Shown: positions 10,801 through 20,907 of the stretch, in pieces
Numbering within the stretch: the stretch's first letter is position 1
Layout: the number at the start of each line of letters is the position of its first letter
NCBI GenBank assembly: GCA_050949565.1
Contig: JBMNFY010000017.1
Coordinates: 1,024,001-1,088,000 of the forward strand
Direction: 5' to 3'
Source: Kiritimatiellia bacterium
Lineage (GTDB): Bacteria > Verrucomicrobiota > Kiritimatiellia > RFP12 > UBA1067
Length of the DNA: 64,000 bases
Position numbers and translations under genes: made by a program
Notes under the pieces: generated by a model
The model's input: only the letters and a program-made list of their open reading frames with translations
What the model was told of the DNA's origin: nothing
The model's database searches: none

Positions 10801-11952
10801 GTTACATACGATGTGGCCTTTACGGTCGAGCCGCTCAGCCCCGAGTTGCAAGGCTCCTTTACCGGCTATTGCTACGCAGAGGACTCCGCCGGGCAACGCC
10901 ATGCGCGCGGCTTGGTGACGCTCAGGGCCACCAAAGCCGGACGATTGACTGCCAAAGTCTCGCTGCAGAGGCTGAATCTCAGTTTCTCGGCTAAATCGTG
11001 GAGTGGAATGACGAGCGAAACGGAGTGCACGGTGACGATGGAACGCCGTCAGGGCGAACGTTTTGATCTGACGGCGGACAGCGCGACAGGTCTTGTGGAA
11101 GGGAAGCTGACCGGCGGAAGTCTGGGTGACGCGCTCCTGTCTATCGTCGCACAGCGTAACGCCTTCCAAGATCGCAACGACGTTGCAGCACAAGAGGTGC
11201 TGGCAACCTATAAAGGATACTACACCGTGGCGCTACCGACGGAGGTATGCGAGACCGATCCGGCGATCGACAACCAGCAGAGTGGATCGGGCTATGTCAC
11301 GCTCACGGTGCGCAACCGCGGAGTCGTCAGAGTCGCCGGCAAGATGGCGGACGGCACGCGAGTCTCGCAGTCGACAACGTTGTTTGTGGACGATTACGGC
11401 GCGTATGTACCGCTTTTCGTGAGGCTATACGCGCGGCGCGGCGTTTTCGCAGGTCTTCTGCAGCTTGACGGCGGAACGCAGCCTACGGACCTGAAGATCA
11501 ATGCAGAGCCCACGGTATTGCTCGAGTGGATTTATCCAGGCTCGACTATGCTGGAACTCGCCGACCGTTTCGATGCGCAGTTGTCGGCGATCGGAGCCTA
11601 TTACGACTCGCTGACTGACTTGCAGGCCGCTTATGCAGGCATGTTCCTACAAACCGAGGAGATAGCGATGCCTCTGGTTGCGGGAAGAACAGCGGGTTCG
11701 TTGGTGATTGATCCTGCGATCGACAATCCACAGGCCGTCAAGTTCAGGGTAACGCGTCGGAGTGGTCTCTTCTCAGGCTCATTCCGTACGCTGAACGAGG
11801 CGGGGCGGACCGTAACGCTTAGATACGCCGGTGTGTTGACCCGTGATGGTGACTTCTACATCGGAGACGGCGCCTACGTCGAGCAGCGTACGATCAACAA
11901 GAGGCGGATCAAATCGTCGCATCGCATCTGGATCGACACGCCTGCGCCTTGA
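7873..11952 (+). CDS. Large secreted protein with two FGE-sulfatase (SUMF1) domains, InlB-B/Flg-like repeats and a putative Ig domain
   Basis: Two PT(E/Q)AQWEYACRAGTT...PNPWGLYDxxGNVxE modules; LTVxxGxGxGxY repeats; GLPRGLRIDNTTGTISGVP He_PIG motif. Confidence 0.85.
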   Translation: MKKMLFTLFATCVAVTSVSLAQDPDTSDYAVIDLSEGSAAVSYPISYMTSVPAGGWTNDLAYVTNKLVLRKIVETNGTFYYMGVFELTRGQLNCLRGTSYSDPQLPVTGAQHPYTDGSLNEALQKSGLLFTFPTQAQWEYACRAGTTTSYHFEGGTDDPASLGDYAWYVANSGGNAHEVGQKLPNPWGLYDLYGNVAEFCIGDVSRGGHYGSAAGPCSSSGLPYSFGAFDTEYGYRVCARLPLLTVNGGTGGGNWLKGTTNTVAWTPVAHHNFLYWQVDPPSVTNAQGLGEAFSDTNATTTVVMPFADVTLTAITEPILYPLTVVNGSGSGSYTNGQIITITANPTNTLYFEFTQWTGDTHVLAETTNATTTVTMPGYPVTVTANYGDKRYALTVNFASGGGNYTNGQEVTIGSSTTPPTAGHEFDHWEGDTATVADVNSAPTTFRMGATNMTLTAIFRPKVVPQNTYLAFNLTDNTASYSDAPPVGGWTDQHKTTQMVFRKISAGSFTMGSASGQPGETQHAVTLTRDFYLGIFEVTQKQWEEIRGTKPSFFTGDTLPVERVYYSDIRGNNDGKNWPADNKVDYDSFMGRLRPKSPVVSAADLPTEAQWEYACRAGTTGDYAGPVDALGWHAGNTAPARTQVVGSKQPNPWGLYDMHGNVWEVCLDWYKMDLGAAAQTDPAGPDGVGPRLPPLRVMRGGAYNEPAEGLRSAIRQNMIATNQLAGGGSATNLALPYGTYGFRVALPQSTTSFELTVVGGEVNTSGVFTVGTKIGLSPAPAPAGMKFGAWQVNPVGMDLGAGFSPTNQQPLLTMPAANLTITAIYIPEDSSGLFRFVQNNPGASVESWRANGETFTITAPAATPGYRFSTWTVTPAAYLGAGFVSTDASTTVVMPAVDVTVIPTYVLNVPDPIVATPTAGVAFTLDAGAGIDAAKFSASGLPRGLRIDNTTGTISGVPSRPGDYVVTITAQYADGTTVTYDVAFTVEPLSPELQGSFTGYCYAEDSAGQRHARGLVTLRATKAGRLTAKVSLQRLNLSFSAKSWSGMTSETECTVTMERRQGERFDLTADSATGLVEGKLTGGSLGDALLSIVAQRNAFQDRNDVAAQEVLATYKGYYTVALPTEVCETDPAIDNQQSGSGYVTLTVRNRGVVRVAGKMADGTRVSQSTTLFVDDYGAYVPLFVRLYARRGVFAGLLQLDGGTQPTDLKINAEPTVLLEWIYPGSTMLELADRFDAQLSAIGAYYDSLTDLQAAYAGMFLQTEEIAMPLVAGRTAGSLVIDPAIDNPQAVKFRVTRRSGLFSGSFRTLNEAGRTVTLRYAGVLTRDGDFYIGDGAYVEQRTINKRRIKSSHRIWIDTPAP

Positions 11953-11992
11953 TGACAGATGCGTGTCGGTCGGCGCGCGGTGAGGATTGTTC

Positions 11993-12469
11993 ATGGGATC
12001 CGTAGTGACGTGGGAAAAGCTAGACGCCTTGCGCGTCCAGTGGCGGCGTGAGGGGCGGTGTGTGGTATGGACCAATGGCTGCTTCGATCTCTTGCATGTC
12101 GGCCACCTGCGCAACCTGCAAGCCTGTAAAGCCTGCGGCGATGTGCTGGTGGTCGGCCTGAACAGCGATGCCTCCGTGCGTGCCATCAAAGGGCCGTCGC
12201 GCCCCGTCACCTGCGAAGCGGACCGTGCGGAGTTGTTGGCCGGTCTGGCTTGCGTCGATGCTGTGGTGGTGTTCGACGAGACCACACCCGAGGTCTCGCT
12301 GGCGCGGCTGAAGCCCGAAATTCACTGCAAAGGAGCAGACTACGCGCCGCCGCACGGGAAACCGATTCCCGAGGCCAAGGTCGTGGCCGCATATGGCGGC
12401 ACCATCCGCTTCATCCCGCTGGTCCCGGGCCGTTCCACCACCGAAACGCTGGCGAAAATCACCGGATGA
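11993..12469 (+). CDS. rfaE2: D-glycero-beta-D-manno-heptose 1-phosphate adenylyltransferase (RfaE domain II)
   Basis: TNGCFDLLHVGH, VGLNSDASVR, KGADY and STT motifs. Confidence 0.88.
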   Translation: MGSVVTWEKLDALRVQWRREGRCVVWTNGCFDLLHVGHLRNLQACKACGDVLVVGLNSDASVRAIKGPSRPVTCEADRAELLAGLACVDAVVVFDETTPEVSLARLKPEIHCKGADYAPPHGKPIPEAKVVAAYGGTIRFIPLVPGRSTTETLAKITG

Positions 12470-13557
12470 AAAACTTGATCACTACGGAAGCTGACCTTAC
12501 GGCCTTAGCGACACGGTTGCTGAACGCTGAGGCAGTGGCGGTTGATACGGAGTTTTTCTGGGAGCGAACCTATTACCCGATACTCGGCTTGGTGCAACTC
12601 GCGACGACCGACGGTTGCTGGCTGGTCGATACCGTGGCCGTGCGCGACCTCCGCGCACTGGGACCGGTACTGGCTGCGCCGAACGTCACCAAGCTGCTAC
12701 ATGATGCTCATCAGGATCTCACGATTCTGGCCCGCGCGACCGGCACCGCACCGCGAACCGTGTTCGACACGCGTGCGGCGGCGGGCTTCGCCGGGTTCAG
12801 TTCCACCAGTTCTTTGCAGGCGCTGTTGCGCGATGCGTTAGGCATCGAACTGGCCAAAGCCGAGACCCGTTCCGACTGGTTGCGCCGTCCGTTGAGTGAA
12901 AGTCAACTCCGGTATGCGGCCGAAGATGTGATCCACTTGATCCCGCTGCGCACGGCGCTGCTGGCGCGTTGCGCCGGCGACATGCCCCGCGCATGGATGA
13001 ACGAGGAAATGGCGCATCTGGATGACGCGGCGCTATATAGCGACCGCGATCCACGCTTGATGTATCAGCGCGTCAAGGGCGGAGCGCGTCTTGATGCACG
13101 GTCACTCGCGGTGCTACGCGAAATGGCGGCATGGCGTGAAGAGGAAGCGCGGCAACGCGACCGGCCGCGCGAGTATATCCTGTCCGATACGCTGCTGGTG
13201 GCGATCGCCGAAGCCCAGCCGAATGGCCGCGCGGCGCTGGCCGCGTTGCCGGGTTTTCCACGTCGCATGCCAAACCGCGTGATGGATGCGCTGCTTGCGG
13301 CCGTAGCATGCGGGTTAGCACTGCCTGAGGAGGCGTGCCCGCAGCCTACAGGGTTCCGGCTGGACGAGAAACGCGCACTCAAAGCGCCGTCCGATCACCT
13401 GCTGACCCGTATCCGCACCGCCTGCGATGCGCACGGGATTGATCCGGCATTGGTGGCATCGCGTGCTGACGTCGAGAGCTATCTCAGGGCACAGCAGAAA
13501 GGTCGGGGCGCAGAACACCTACTCGGACAAGGCTGGCGCGCACAACTCCTCGCCTGA
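12466..13557 (+). CDS. rnd: Ribonuclease D
   Basis: AVDTEFFWERTYYP, SDWLRRPLSESQLRYAAEDV, HRDC region; ATGA overlap with the upstream gene. Confidence 0.92.
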   Translation: MKNLITTEADLTALATRLLNAEAVAVDTEFFWERTYYPILGLVQLATTDGCWLVDTVAVRDLRALGPVLAAPNVTKLLHDAHQDLTILARATGTAPRTVFDTRAAAGFAGFSSTSSLQALLRDALGIELAKAETRSDWLRRPLSESQLRYAAEDVIHLIPLRTALLARCAGDMPRAWMNEEMAHLDDAALYSDRDPRLMYQRVKGGARLDARSLAVLREMAAWREEEARQRDRPREYILSDTLLVAIAEAQPNGRAALAALPGFPRRMPNRVMDALLAAVACGLALPEEACPQPTGFRLDEKRALKAPSDHLLTRIRTACDAHGIDPALVASRADVESYLRAQQKGRGAEHLLGQGWRAQLLA

Positions 13558-13651
13558 AAACCTAACCTTTTCCCCCGCCTTGATTTAGGACAGGCGATAT
13601 GCGAAACTAACAGCGAGATTATTGAGAGTCACGAAACAAGGAGACAAAGCA

Positions 13652-14509
13652 ATGTCAGTTCCATTCAAGGTTGATTTGAAAAACAAGGTGGCGGTGGTGA
13701 CCGGCGGCGGCGGTGTGCTGTGCAGCGCGATGGCCAAGGCACTGGCCGAGTGCGGCGCGGCGGTGGCCGTGGCGGACCTTAAGCTTGAGGCCGCGCAGCG
13801 CGTAGCCGACGAGATCACGGCGGCGGGCGGCAAGGCGATAGCCGTAGCCTGCAATGCGCTGGAGAAAGAGAGCCTCGAAGCGGCCAACGCTGAGATCGAA
13901 AAGAATCTCGGCCCGGTTTCGATCTTGATCAACGGCGCGGGCGGCAACCACCCCAAGGGCACCACGGCGATGGAATACCTGAACCCTGACGACCTGCTGA
14001 AGGAGAACCGCGATTTCGTGACCTTCTACGATCTGGATCCTAAAGGTATCGAGTTTGTCTTCAATCTCAATTTCCTCGGCACGTTGTTGCCGACCCAGGC
14101 TTTCACCAAGAAGATGGCGCTGGACCGCTCAGGCGTGGTCATCAACATCTCGTCAATGAATGCCTTCCGCCCGCTCACCAAGATCCCCGCCTACAGTGCG
14201 GCCAAGGCAGCGGTCAGCAACTTCACGCAGTGGATGGCGGTACACATGGCCAAGGCCGGCATCCGCGTCAACGCGATTGCGCCGGGCTTCTTCTTGACCG
14301 ACCAGAACCGTTCGCTACTGACCAACCCGGACGGCAGTATGACCCCGCGCTCCGAGAAAATCATGGCGCACACGCCAATGGAGCGTTTCGGCGATCCGTC
14401 CGACCTGATCGGTGCGCTGCTGTGGCTGGTCTCGGATCCGGCGGCAGGCTTCGTGACCGGTGTGGTAGTACCGGTGGACGGCGGTTTCGCGGCCTACAGC
14501 GGCGTGTAG
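13652..14509 (+). CDS. SDR oxidoreductase, D-mannonate oxidoreductase (Bacteroides/Firmicutes UxuB-like) type
   Basis: TGGGGVL, NGAGGN, PLTKIPAYSAAK and IAPGFF motifs. Confidence 0.82.
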   Translation: MSVPFKVDLKNKVAVVTGGGGVLCSAMAKALAECGAAVAVADLKLEAAQRVADEITAAGGKAIAVACNALEKESLEAANAEIEKNLGPVSILINGAGGNHPKGTTAMEYLNPDDLLKENRDFVTFYDLDPKGIEFVFNLNFLGTLLPTQAFTKKMALDRSGVVINISSMNAFRPLTKIPAYSAAKAAVSNFTQWMAVHMAKAGIRVNAIAPGFFLTDQNRSLLTNPDGSMTPRSEKIMAHTPMERFGDPSDLIGALLWLVSDPAAGFVTGVVVPVDGGFAAYSGV

Positions 14510-14614
14510 TCTTTGGACGATCAGGCTGATTCGACTGATCCGACAAATCAGACAGATCAGCCCCTCACTTAACTCGAAACTCTTTCGAATCCCTCGAAAA
14601 AAAGGAAAACAATC

Positions 14615-16081
14615 ATGGCAAAGAAAGTAACCAAAGCGGACATCGGGCTCATCGGCCTCGCGGTGATGGGCGAGAACCTCATTCTCAACATGGAGAGCAA
14701 AGGCTACACCGTAGCCTGCTACAACCGCACGGTCGAGAAGGTTGATGCCTTCATCAACGGCCGCGGTGCGGGTAAGCGCCTGATCGGCTGCCGCTCGATG
14801 CAAGAACTGGCGGACAGCCTCAAGAAGCCGCGCCGCGTAATGATCATGGTCAAGGCCGGAGCGCCCGTGGATCAGACGATCGAAGCGCTGCTGCCAGTGC
14901 TGGAAAAGGGCGACATCATCATCGATGGCGGCAACAGCCACTTCCCTGACACGATCCGCCGTACGCGCTATTTGGCGGAAAAGGGCCTGCGCTTCATTGG
15001 CGCTGGCGTCTCCGGCGGTGAAGAGGGCGCCCTGTTGGGCCCGGCGATCATGCCCGGCGGCGACGTCAAAGCGTGGCCCCATGTGAAGTCGATCTTCCAG
15101 GACGTCGCGGCGAAGGTCGAAGACGGCACGCCCTGCTGCGCTTGGATCGGCAGCGATGGCGCCGGCCACTTCGTCAAGATGGTACACAATGGCATTGAAT
15201 ACGGTGACATGCAGCTCATCTGCGAGGCGTACGACCTGATGGCGCGCGGCCTCGGCATGTCCGCCGCAGAGATGCAAAAGGTCTTCGCCAAATGGAATGC
15301 AGGCGACCTCGATAGCTATCTGATCGAGATCACGGCTGACATCCTTTCGCAGACCGATGCCGAGACCGGCAAGCCGATCGTTGATATCATCCTCGACACG
15401 GCTGGTCAGAAGGGCACTGGCAAATGGACCTCTCAGGCCGGCCTCGACCTGGGTGTCGCCATCCCGCAGATTGCCGAAGCGGTCTTCGCGCGTTATCTAT
15501 CGGCTGTTAAGGATGAACGCGTCGCAGCGTCCAAGTTGCTGAAGGGACCGGCCAAAAAGATTGACGTCGACAAGAAGCTCTTCATCAAGCAACTCGAACA
15601 AGCAGTCTACGCCTCGAAAATCTGCTCGTACGCACAGGGCTACCAACTGTTGCGCGCCGCTGCCGAAGAGTACAAGTGGGATCTCAACTACGGCGAGATC
15701 GCGCTGGTCTGGCGTCAGGGCTGCATTATCCGCGCCCGCTTCCTCGGCAAGATCAAGGAGGCTTTCGACGCCGATCCGAAACTCGCTAACCTGTTGCTCG
15801 ACCCCTACTTCAAGAAGACCGTCGCCAAAGCCCAGAGCGCATGGCGCGCCGTCATCAAGACGGCTATCGACCTCGGCATTCCGGTGCCGGCGATGGGCAC
15901 CGCGCTCAACTACTTCGATAGCTACCGCAGCGCCCGCCTGCCGGCAAACCTGCTGCAGGCGCAGCGTGACTACTTCGGCGCGCACACCTTTGAGCGCGTT
16001 GACAAGCCGCGTGGCGAGTTTTACCATCACATCTGGACTGAGAGTGGTGGCAGCACCGCCGCTTCGACTTACACTGCGTAG
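14615..16081 (+). CDS. gnd: NADP-dependent 6-phosphogluconate dehydrogenase
   Basis: [31 protein letters not shown] and [10 protein letters not shown] motifs. Confidence 0.97.
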   Translation: MAKKVTKADIGLIGLAVMGENLILNMESKGYTVACYNRTVEKVDAFINGRGAGKRLIGCRSMQELADSLKKPRRVMIMVKAGAPVDQTIEALLPVLEKGDIIIDGGNSHFPDTIRRTRYLAEKGLRFIGAGVSGGEEGALLGPAIMPGGDVKAWPHVKSIFQDVAAKVEDGTPCCAWIGSDGAGHFVKMVHNGIEYGDMQLICEAYDLMARGLGMSAAEMQKVFAKWNAGDLDSYLIEITADILSQTDAETGKPIVDIILDTAGQKGTGKWTSQAGLDLGVAIPQIAEAVFARYLSAVKDERVAASKLLKGPAKKIDVDKKLFIKQLEQAVYASKICSYAQGYQLLRAAAEEYKWDLNYGEIALVWRQGCIIRARFLGKIKEAFDADPKLANLLLDPYFKKTVAKAQSAWRAVIKTAIDLGIPVPAMGTALNYFDSYRSARLPANLLQAQRDYFGAHTFERVDKPRGEFYHHIWTESGGSTAASTYTA

Positions 16082-16101
16082 TACAACGAGGAAAAACCGT
16101 T

Positions 16102-17175
16102 ATGAAAAAACTTGGCAAGATTCTGATGTGGCTTGTGATCGTGGTCGTGGTGGTGCTGCTGGTGGCGGTGCTGACGTTGCCGATGACCATCGGGCCGATC
16201 GTCAAGACCGCTGCTTCGGTAGGCGGACCTAAAGCACTGGGCGTGCCGGTTTCGGTCGGTGACGTCAAACTCAACGCGCTGGCCGGCAACCTCACGGTGT
16301 CGCAGGTCAAGGTTGGCAACCCTCAGGGCTATTCCGATAAGGACGCCTTTGCAGTGGACAAGGTTGAAGTAGGCCTGAACATGCGCTCGCTGATGAGTGA
16401 TACCATCGTAGTGCGCAAGATCCAGATCGATGCGCCGGCCATCTCGTTTGAGAGTAAGGACGGCAAGTCGAATTTCGACGCCATGATGGCAAATACCAAG
16501 AAAGCTTCCGAAGAAGAGAAACAGAAAACCGAAAAAGAGAAGAAGCCCGGCAAGAAAGTCGTGATCGAGGAGTTCTCGCTGAACAATGCAAAAGTCTCGT
16601 ATGCGTCGGGCATAACGCTGGGCAAGTCGATCACTGTTCCCCTGCCCTCGCTGGTTATACGCGACATCGGCAAGAAATCGGGCGGCGCGACGGCCGCCGA
16701 TGCACTGACCGAGGTCATCAACGGTATCCTAGGGGGACTCTCTCAGGCTGTGACAGGTATAAGCGGCGCAGCGAGCGACTTGCTTAAAGGTGTCAGCGGC
16801 GCGGCGGACGGCCTGCTCAAAGGTGCCGGAGACGCGACCAAAGGCGCAACCGATGCGCTCAAAGGCGTGACCGACGGCGCATCGGATGCCGCTTCAGGCG
16901 CGGCCAAAGCGCTCAAAGACGTGGCCGGCGGTGCGACGGACGCCGCATCAGGCGCGGCCAAAGCGCTCAAAGACGTGGCCGGCGGTGCGACGGACGCCGC
17001 ATCAGGCGCGGCCAAAGGCGTGACCGATGCGCTCAAAAGCCTGACCGGCGGTAGCGCGGCGGACGGTGCGAAAGAGACCGCAGCGGATGCGACAAAAAGT
17101 GCTGAGGGTACAGCCAAAGACGCAACCGACGCCGCCAAAGATGCCGCCAAGAGTCTAAAGAAACTCTTCAAGTGA
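16102..17175 (+). CDS. AsmA-family protein with Ala/Gly/Lys-rich repetitive C-terminal tail
   Basis: N-terminal TM helix, VGNPQGYS..AF and SNFD motifs of AsmA N-terminal domains. Confidence 0.7.
   Translation: MKKLGKILMWLVIVVVVVLLVAVLTLPMTIGPIVKTAASVGGPKALGVPVSVGDVKLNALAGNLTVSQVKVGNPQGYSDKDAFAVDKVEVGLNMRSLMSDTIVVRKIQIDAPAISFESKDGKSNFDAMMANTKKASEEEKQKTEKEKKPGKKVVIEEFSLNNAKVSYASGITLGKSITVPLPSLVIRDIGKKSGGATAADALTEVINGILGGLSQAVTGISGAASDLLKGVSGAADGLLKGAGDATKGATDALKGVTDGASDAASGAAKALKDVAGGATDAASGAAKALKDVAGGATDAASGAAKGVTDALKSLTGGSAADGAKETAADATKSAEGTAKDATDAAKDAAKSLKKLFK
16894..17017 (+). repeat. In-frame 54-bp tandem repeat (about 2.3 copies) encoding SGAAKALKDVAGGATDAA
   Basis: tcaggcgcggccaaagcgctcaaagacgtggccggcggtgcgacggacgccgca at 16894 and 16948, partial copy at 17002. 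Confidence 0.9.
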
Positions 17176-17197
17176 TCATCCCGCCATCCGCATCCGT

Positions 17198-18052
17198 ATG
17201 CGTGGCGCGGTCGCCCCGAAACGTCTGATGACTAACTTGCTCCAGATGATCGAGGCGACCGCCGCGCGCGGCGCGGATGGGCTCGTCGGCACGGCGCGTG
17301 AGGAGTTAAGCCGCGCGTTGTATGCGTTACGGCGCGACGACGGCGGTTTCGCGGGATTGGACGGCCGTTCCGATCCTTACTACACGCTTTTCGCCTGGTT
17401 CGGGTTACGCGCACTCGGCGCATCTTATGATCGCGACCGCCTGTGTGCGTACATGGCAACGCACCGGCATGCGGCGCACGCCATTGACGCACAATGCGCC
17501 GCGTTGCTTATGGCCTGCGAGGGCCGGAGCCCGCATGCAACACAGTGGTCGCTTATCCAGTCGTTGTTGCGCGGCGATGCGCACGGCGGGGCTTACGCTC
17601 TCTTTTTACGATGTCTCGCGGTGCGGCGCATACCACGTTGGGCCGCGCGCGCGGCATGGTGGCATCAACGGCGTCTCTTTCAGGCAGACCGCGCCTCACG
17701 CCTCCCCACACCACAACTGGCCGCTGGCCTTGTTCTGGCCGCGCTAGCCGGAGCGGAAGCACTCGACCTCGTCAGTGCGCTGGCAGGCCGACAGTGCGCG
17801 AACGGCGGATTCGTCTCCGCCCCCAACGCACCGGCCGACCTGCTCGCCACAGCGGTGGCGCGATTCGCACTAGGACTCTCCGCCAATGCAGACAAGGCAC
17901 CCTGCCTTAGAGCAACACAGGCGCAGGACCTGACCTTTATCGAGGCGTGCTGGCTGGACGACGGCCTGTTCGGCGCGTCACCCGCCGCCGCACACGGCGA
18001 CGCTGAGCACACATTCTATGGCCTACTCGCGCTGGGCGCAGCAATCGGTTAG
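17198..18052 (+). CDS. Prenyltransferase/squalene-oxidase-repeat (alpha-alpha barrel) protein
   Basis: DGGFAGLDGRSDPYYTLF, NGGF...DLLATAVA and DAEHTFYGLLALG repeats. Confidence 0.75.
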   Translation: MRGAVAPKRLMTNLLQMIEATAARGADGLVGTAREELSRALYALRRDDGGFAGLDGRSDPYYTLFAWFGLRALGASYDRDRLCAYMATHRHAAHAIDAQCAALLMACEGRSPHATQWSLIQSLLRGDAHGGAYALFLRCLAVRRIPRWAARAAWWHQRRLFQADRASRLPTPQLAAGLVLAALAGAEALDLVSALAGRQCANGGFVSAPNAPADLLATAVARFALGLSANADKAPCLRATQAQDLTFIEACWLDDGLFGASPAAAHGDAEHTFYGLLALGAAIG

Positions 18053-18386
18053 CGACAGGGGATATGCGAGTTTAGTGCGTGTTTTGTGTGTGCGCAGCTG
18101 AGATCGCGGGCGTCCCCGCCCGCGGAAAGTTGAGCGTTGAAAGTTTTTTAACGCAGAGAGCTTTTACGGGGCGGCGGCGTGACCGCCGCAGGGAGGGGCA
18201 AGCGTCTGCTTGCCCGCGGACGAGCAGACGCTCGTCCCTCCCGGTGCTCCGCAATGAACCTGAAATCATCCTTCCGCACAGCGGAATACGGCTCGTGGGG
18301 ACACTCGCCCTCCAAATCATGTCGTTTATGCGCCCGCGCAGCGAGAAATCAGGTCAGCCAGGTCAGTCAGGTCAAAAAATGAAACC

Positions 18387-18430
18387 ATGGAACACGGGCA
18401 AGATGCCCGTGCCACACCCTTTTGCAAGAC
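18387..18430. repeat. REP-like palindrome (cacgggcaagatgcccgtg) with a ttttgcaaga flank
   Basis: Same family as 28825-28875, 43482-43576 and 47118-47163. Confidence 0.75.
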
Positions 18431-18537
18431 ACGTTGTTGCGGGCGAGGACACCCGACTCCCGACTCTCTGCTCTCACTTTCGCCAGAAACGCACGCTCTT
18501 CGCACATCCCCTGTCGCTGACCGATTATCCAGGGGCA

Positions 18538-20907
18538 TTACTCAATCCGGGCGATCTCCAGTTTGTCGATGTAAACCGCCGCGTACGCCGGACTTTCGGC
18601 GTGTACCTTCTTGTCAAAGCGTCCGGGGCCGATCCAGAAGTAGTGGTCCGCCTCCGGCACCCACTCCGTCACGTTGTACCAGTGATACCCCTCGCCGACC
18701 GCCTCCACCGCGCGTGCACAGTCGCCGCAACTGCGCCGGTTCTTGGCGTCGTACACACCGCTCCAGAACGCCTCGCCCGTCTGGCCGGGTTTCTTCTCAA
18801 CCCGTACACGCATACGGATGCGGTAACGCGCGCCGGGATCGAACGCCACTTGGCTGAAGCGCAGCGTGGTGCACCACTCATAGTGCGTGTTGTTGAGCTT
18901 CATCGCCGAGCCGTCCTCGGCCAGCGGATCAGCTACCGTATCGCCCCACGTACCGCGATTGCCCAACGAAAGCGCGGTGTCTTCCACCGTCGCCGACGTC
19001 TTCACCTCCGCAGCAGGCGGCACGCCCGGCCCTGACAGAAACCGCCACGTTTCAAGTATACGCTCGTGCGACTCCGCGCCCTCGGAGAGGCGTTTGTTCT
19101 TCGCCTCGCCAAACCGCGTCAGCAGTTCCTTCGCCAACCGACGGTGTTCAGCCGGCACAGCATGCTGCATCGGGTCTGACGTGACCCAGACCTTCTTGGG
19201 CTCATGCGTCGGCAGACGTGCCAGACGCGCGGCCAACACCGGCACTGCACCCATGCGCACGTTGTAAAGATGCGCAGGCGAGTCCTGAACCGCTGCTTCA
19301 GCCTGCTGCCACAGTTTCTCGGCGCGCACGTAAAACTCATCCGGAATGATTGGGGCTTTCACGTCGTCAAAAATCCGCAGCGGCGCATTGGTCGTCACCC
19401 CATAAAAGCCGTGTACCTCATCGAAGTACTGCCGCACCTGCGGCGCAGCCGCGCCATAGTAACCCTCGAAGAAGGTCTTGAGCAGCGGCTCAGCCGGCAA
19501 CTCAGGATTCCACAACCACTTGGCGAGCAACCAGCCTTTCAACTCGGCAAAGTCTGCATGCCGCCCCTGATACGCGCCCTGTTCGAAGAGTCCGATCACA
19601 TGGTTGTCGCGGAAAAAGCGCACGTTTTCCTGTAGCGCGCGCACGTTGGGAAACGGCGCGATATAGAGGCGGAAATTGGTGGTGTAGTCCCAGATGAACA
19701 GCGTTTTAGAGATCGCGCTCCAACCGCGGATATCCTCAACGAAACTGCGGTTTTCTTTGAAATCGCTGACGGTGAGCGGTCGTGAGAAATCGCACTCGAT
19801 GGTGCAGAGACGCGGCACCACATTGCGGCGCGGCCGCACCGTCTTGGGCGGCTTGCGCGTATACTGGTAGGCAAGCGTCTCAATCCAGACATCGGGAAAC
19901 TCTTTTTCCACGGCCTCGGCCACCTGATTCACGAAGGTAATCAACGTGCCGGCATGTGAGCCTTCGCGCTCGTCGATCGCGCGGCAAGCCGGGCAGGTGC
20001 AAGGGTTGCGCCAATCGTTCTGGCTGACGCTGAAGAGCTTGGCTTTCGGATCCTTGCGGATGCGCGCCAGCAGACGCTCGGTGACAATCCGCAAAACATC
20101 CGGATGGGTCAGGCAGAGCTGCGTGTGATCCTTGATGCGGCGCCCATTGACCTCGCTGAAGTACTCTGGATGCTCTGCGAAAAACTCATCCGGTGGACAC
20201 AACACGTTGAAGGTATGGCAAAAGAGCCCGCCACCGAAGCGGAAGCTGTTGCCGCCGTGCCGTTCCTGCAAGCGCATGCTATTGCCGTTGGCCTTGTTGC
20301 GCGCCGCGAAATCACCGTTGAACAGATCAAACCAGAATGGCTCGCGCATCGCAAAGGCAGGCCGCTGAGTCTCATCGAGCGTCGGCACTTCCAATGTCTC
20401 GCGCGACGGAATGACGCTGTGCCACGAACTGAGCCAGCGGCAGCCGCCGAAGCGTTCGAGCACCTCGTACACGCCGTTTAGCGTGCCGCGTACCGGCCCG
20501 CCGAGAATCAGCAGATGCGGCGGCCGACACACCAGCCGGAATCCGTCCTCACCCAACGCCGCCACTTCCGCTGGGGCGCCGAGCGCCGCAGCCGTGTGGC
20601 GCGTGTCGCCGATCAGTACCGCGCGCTCCGGCAGCGGCCCCTCGTCGGTTACGATCGGTAACGTCACGCCAGTCAGTTGCGCCGTGAACCGCTGCAACTC
20701 CTCCGCCGCATACACCTGCGACGGCGATGACTGCGCCGGCCGCACCAACGTGACCGCAGCCGGTTCTCCGCGCCGCGCCAGCGTCACCGACTGCGCTACA
20801 AGGCCGAACGGCATCAGCAACGCGACGGACAGACACAGGCCAGCCTTTTTCAGCATACGCGTGATTGACGATAGAGATGTACGGGGACTTGTTCTTTTTT
20901 TAGACAT
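18538..20907 (-). CDS. DUF4838 domain-containing secreted protein (putative glycoside hydrolase)
   Basis: YAAEELQ, RGTLNGVYEVLE, HTF...HPEYF, QLCLTHP and TLAYQYT motifs. Confidence 0.85.
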   Translation of the reverse strand: MSKKRTSPRTSLSSITRMLKKAGLCLSVALLMPFGLVAQSVTLARRGEPAAVTLVRPAQSSPSQVYAAEELQRFTAQLTGVTLPIVTDEGPLPERAVLIGDTRHTAAALGAPAEVAALGEDGFRLVCRPPHLLILGGPVRGTLNGVYEVLERFGGCRWLSSWHSVIPSRETLEVPTLDETQRPAFAMREPFWFDLFNGDFAARNKANGNSMRLQERHGGNSFRFGGGLFCHTFNVLCPPDEFFAEHPEYFSEVNGRRIKDHTQLCLTHPDVLRIVTERLLARIRKDPKAKLFSVSQNDWRNPCTCPACRAIDEREGSHAGTLITFVNQVAEAVEKEFPDVWIETLAYQYTRKPPKTVRPRRNVVPRLCTIECDFSRPLTVSDFKENRSFVEDIRGWSAISKTLFIWDYTTNFRLYIAPFPNVRALQENVRFFRDNHVIGLFEQGAYQGRHADFAELKGWLLAKWLWNPELPAEPLLKTFFEGYYGAAAPQVRQYFDEVHGFYGVTTNAPLRIFDDVKAPIIPDEFYVRAEKLWQQAEAAVQDSPAHLYNVRMGAVPVLAARLARLPTHEPKKVWVTSDPMQHAVPAEHRRLAKELLTRFGEAKNKRLSEGAESHERILETWRFLSGPGVPPAAEVKTSATVEDTALSLGNRGTWGDTVADPLAEDGSAMKLNNTHYEWCTTLRFSQVAFDPGARYRIRMRVRVEKKPGQTGEAFWSGVYDAKNRRSCGDCARAVEAVGEGYHWYNVTEWVPEADHYFWIGPGRFDKKVHAESPAYAAVYIDKLEIARIE

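Noticed and set aside
7873-11952. Diversity-generating retroelement target (FGE/CLec fold)
   Set aside because: No reverse transcriptase or adenine-variant template repeat seen in the window; the FGE domains are internal.
18079-19035. 318-aa plus-strand ORF
   Set aside because: Spans a repeat-rich intergenic region and the antisense strand of the DUF4838 gene; a shadow ORF.
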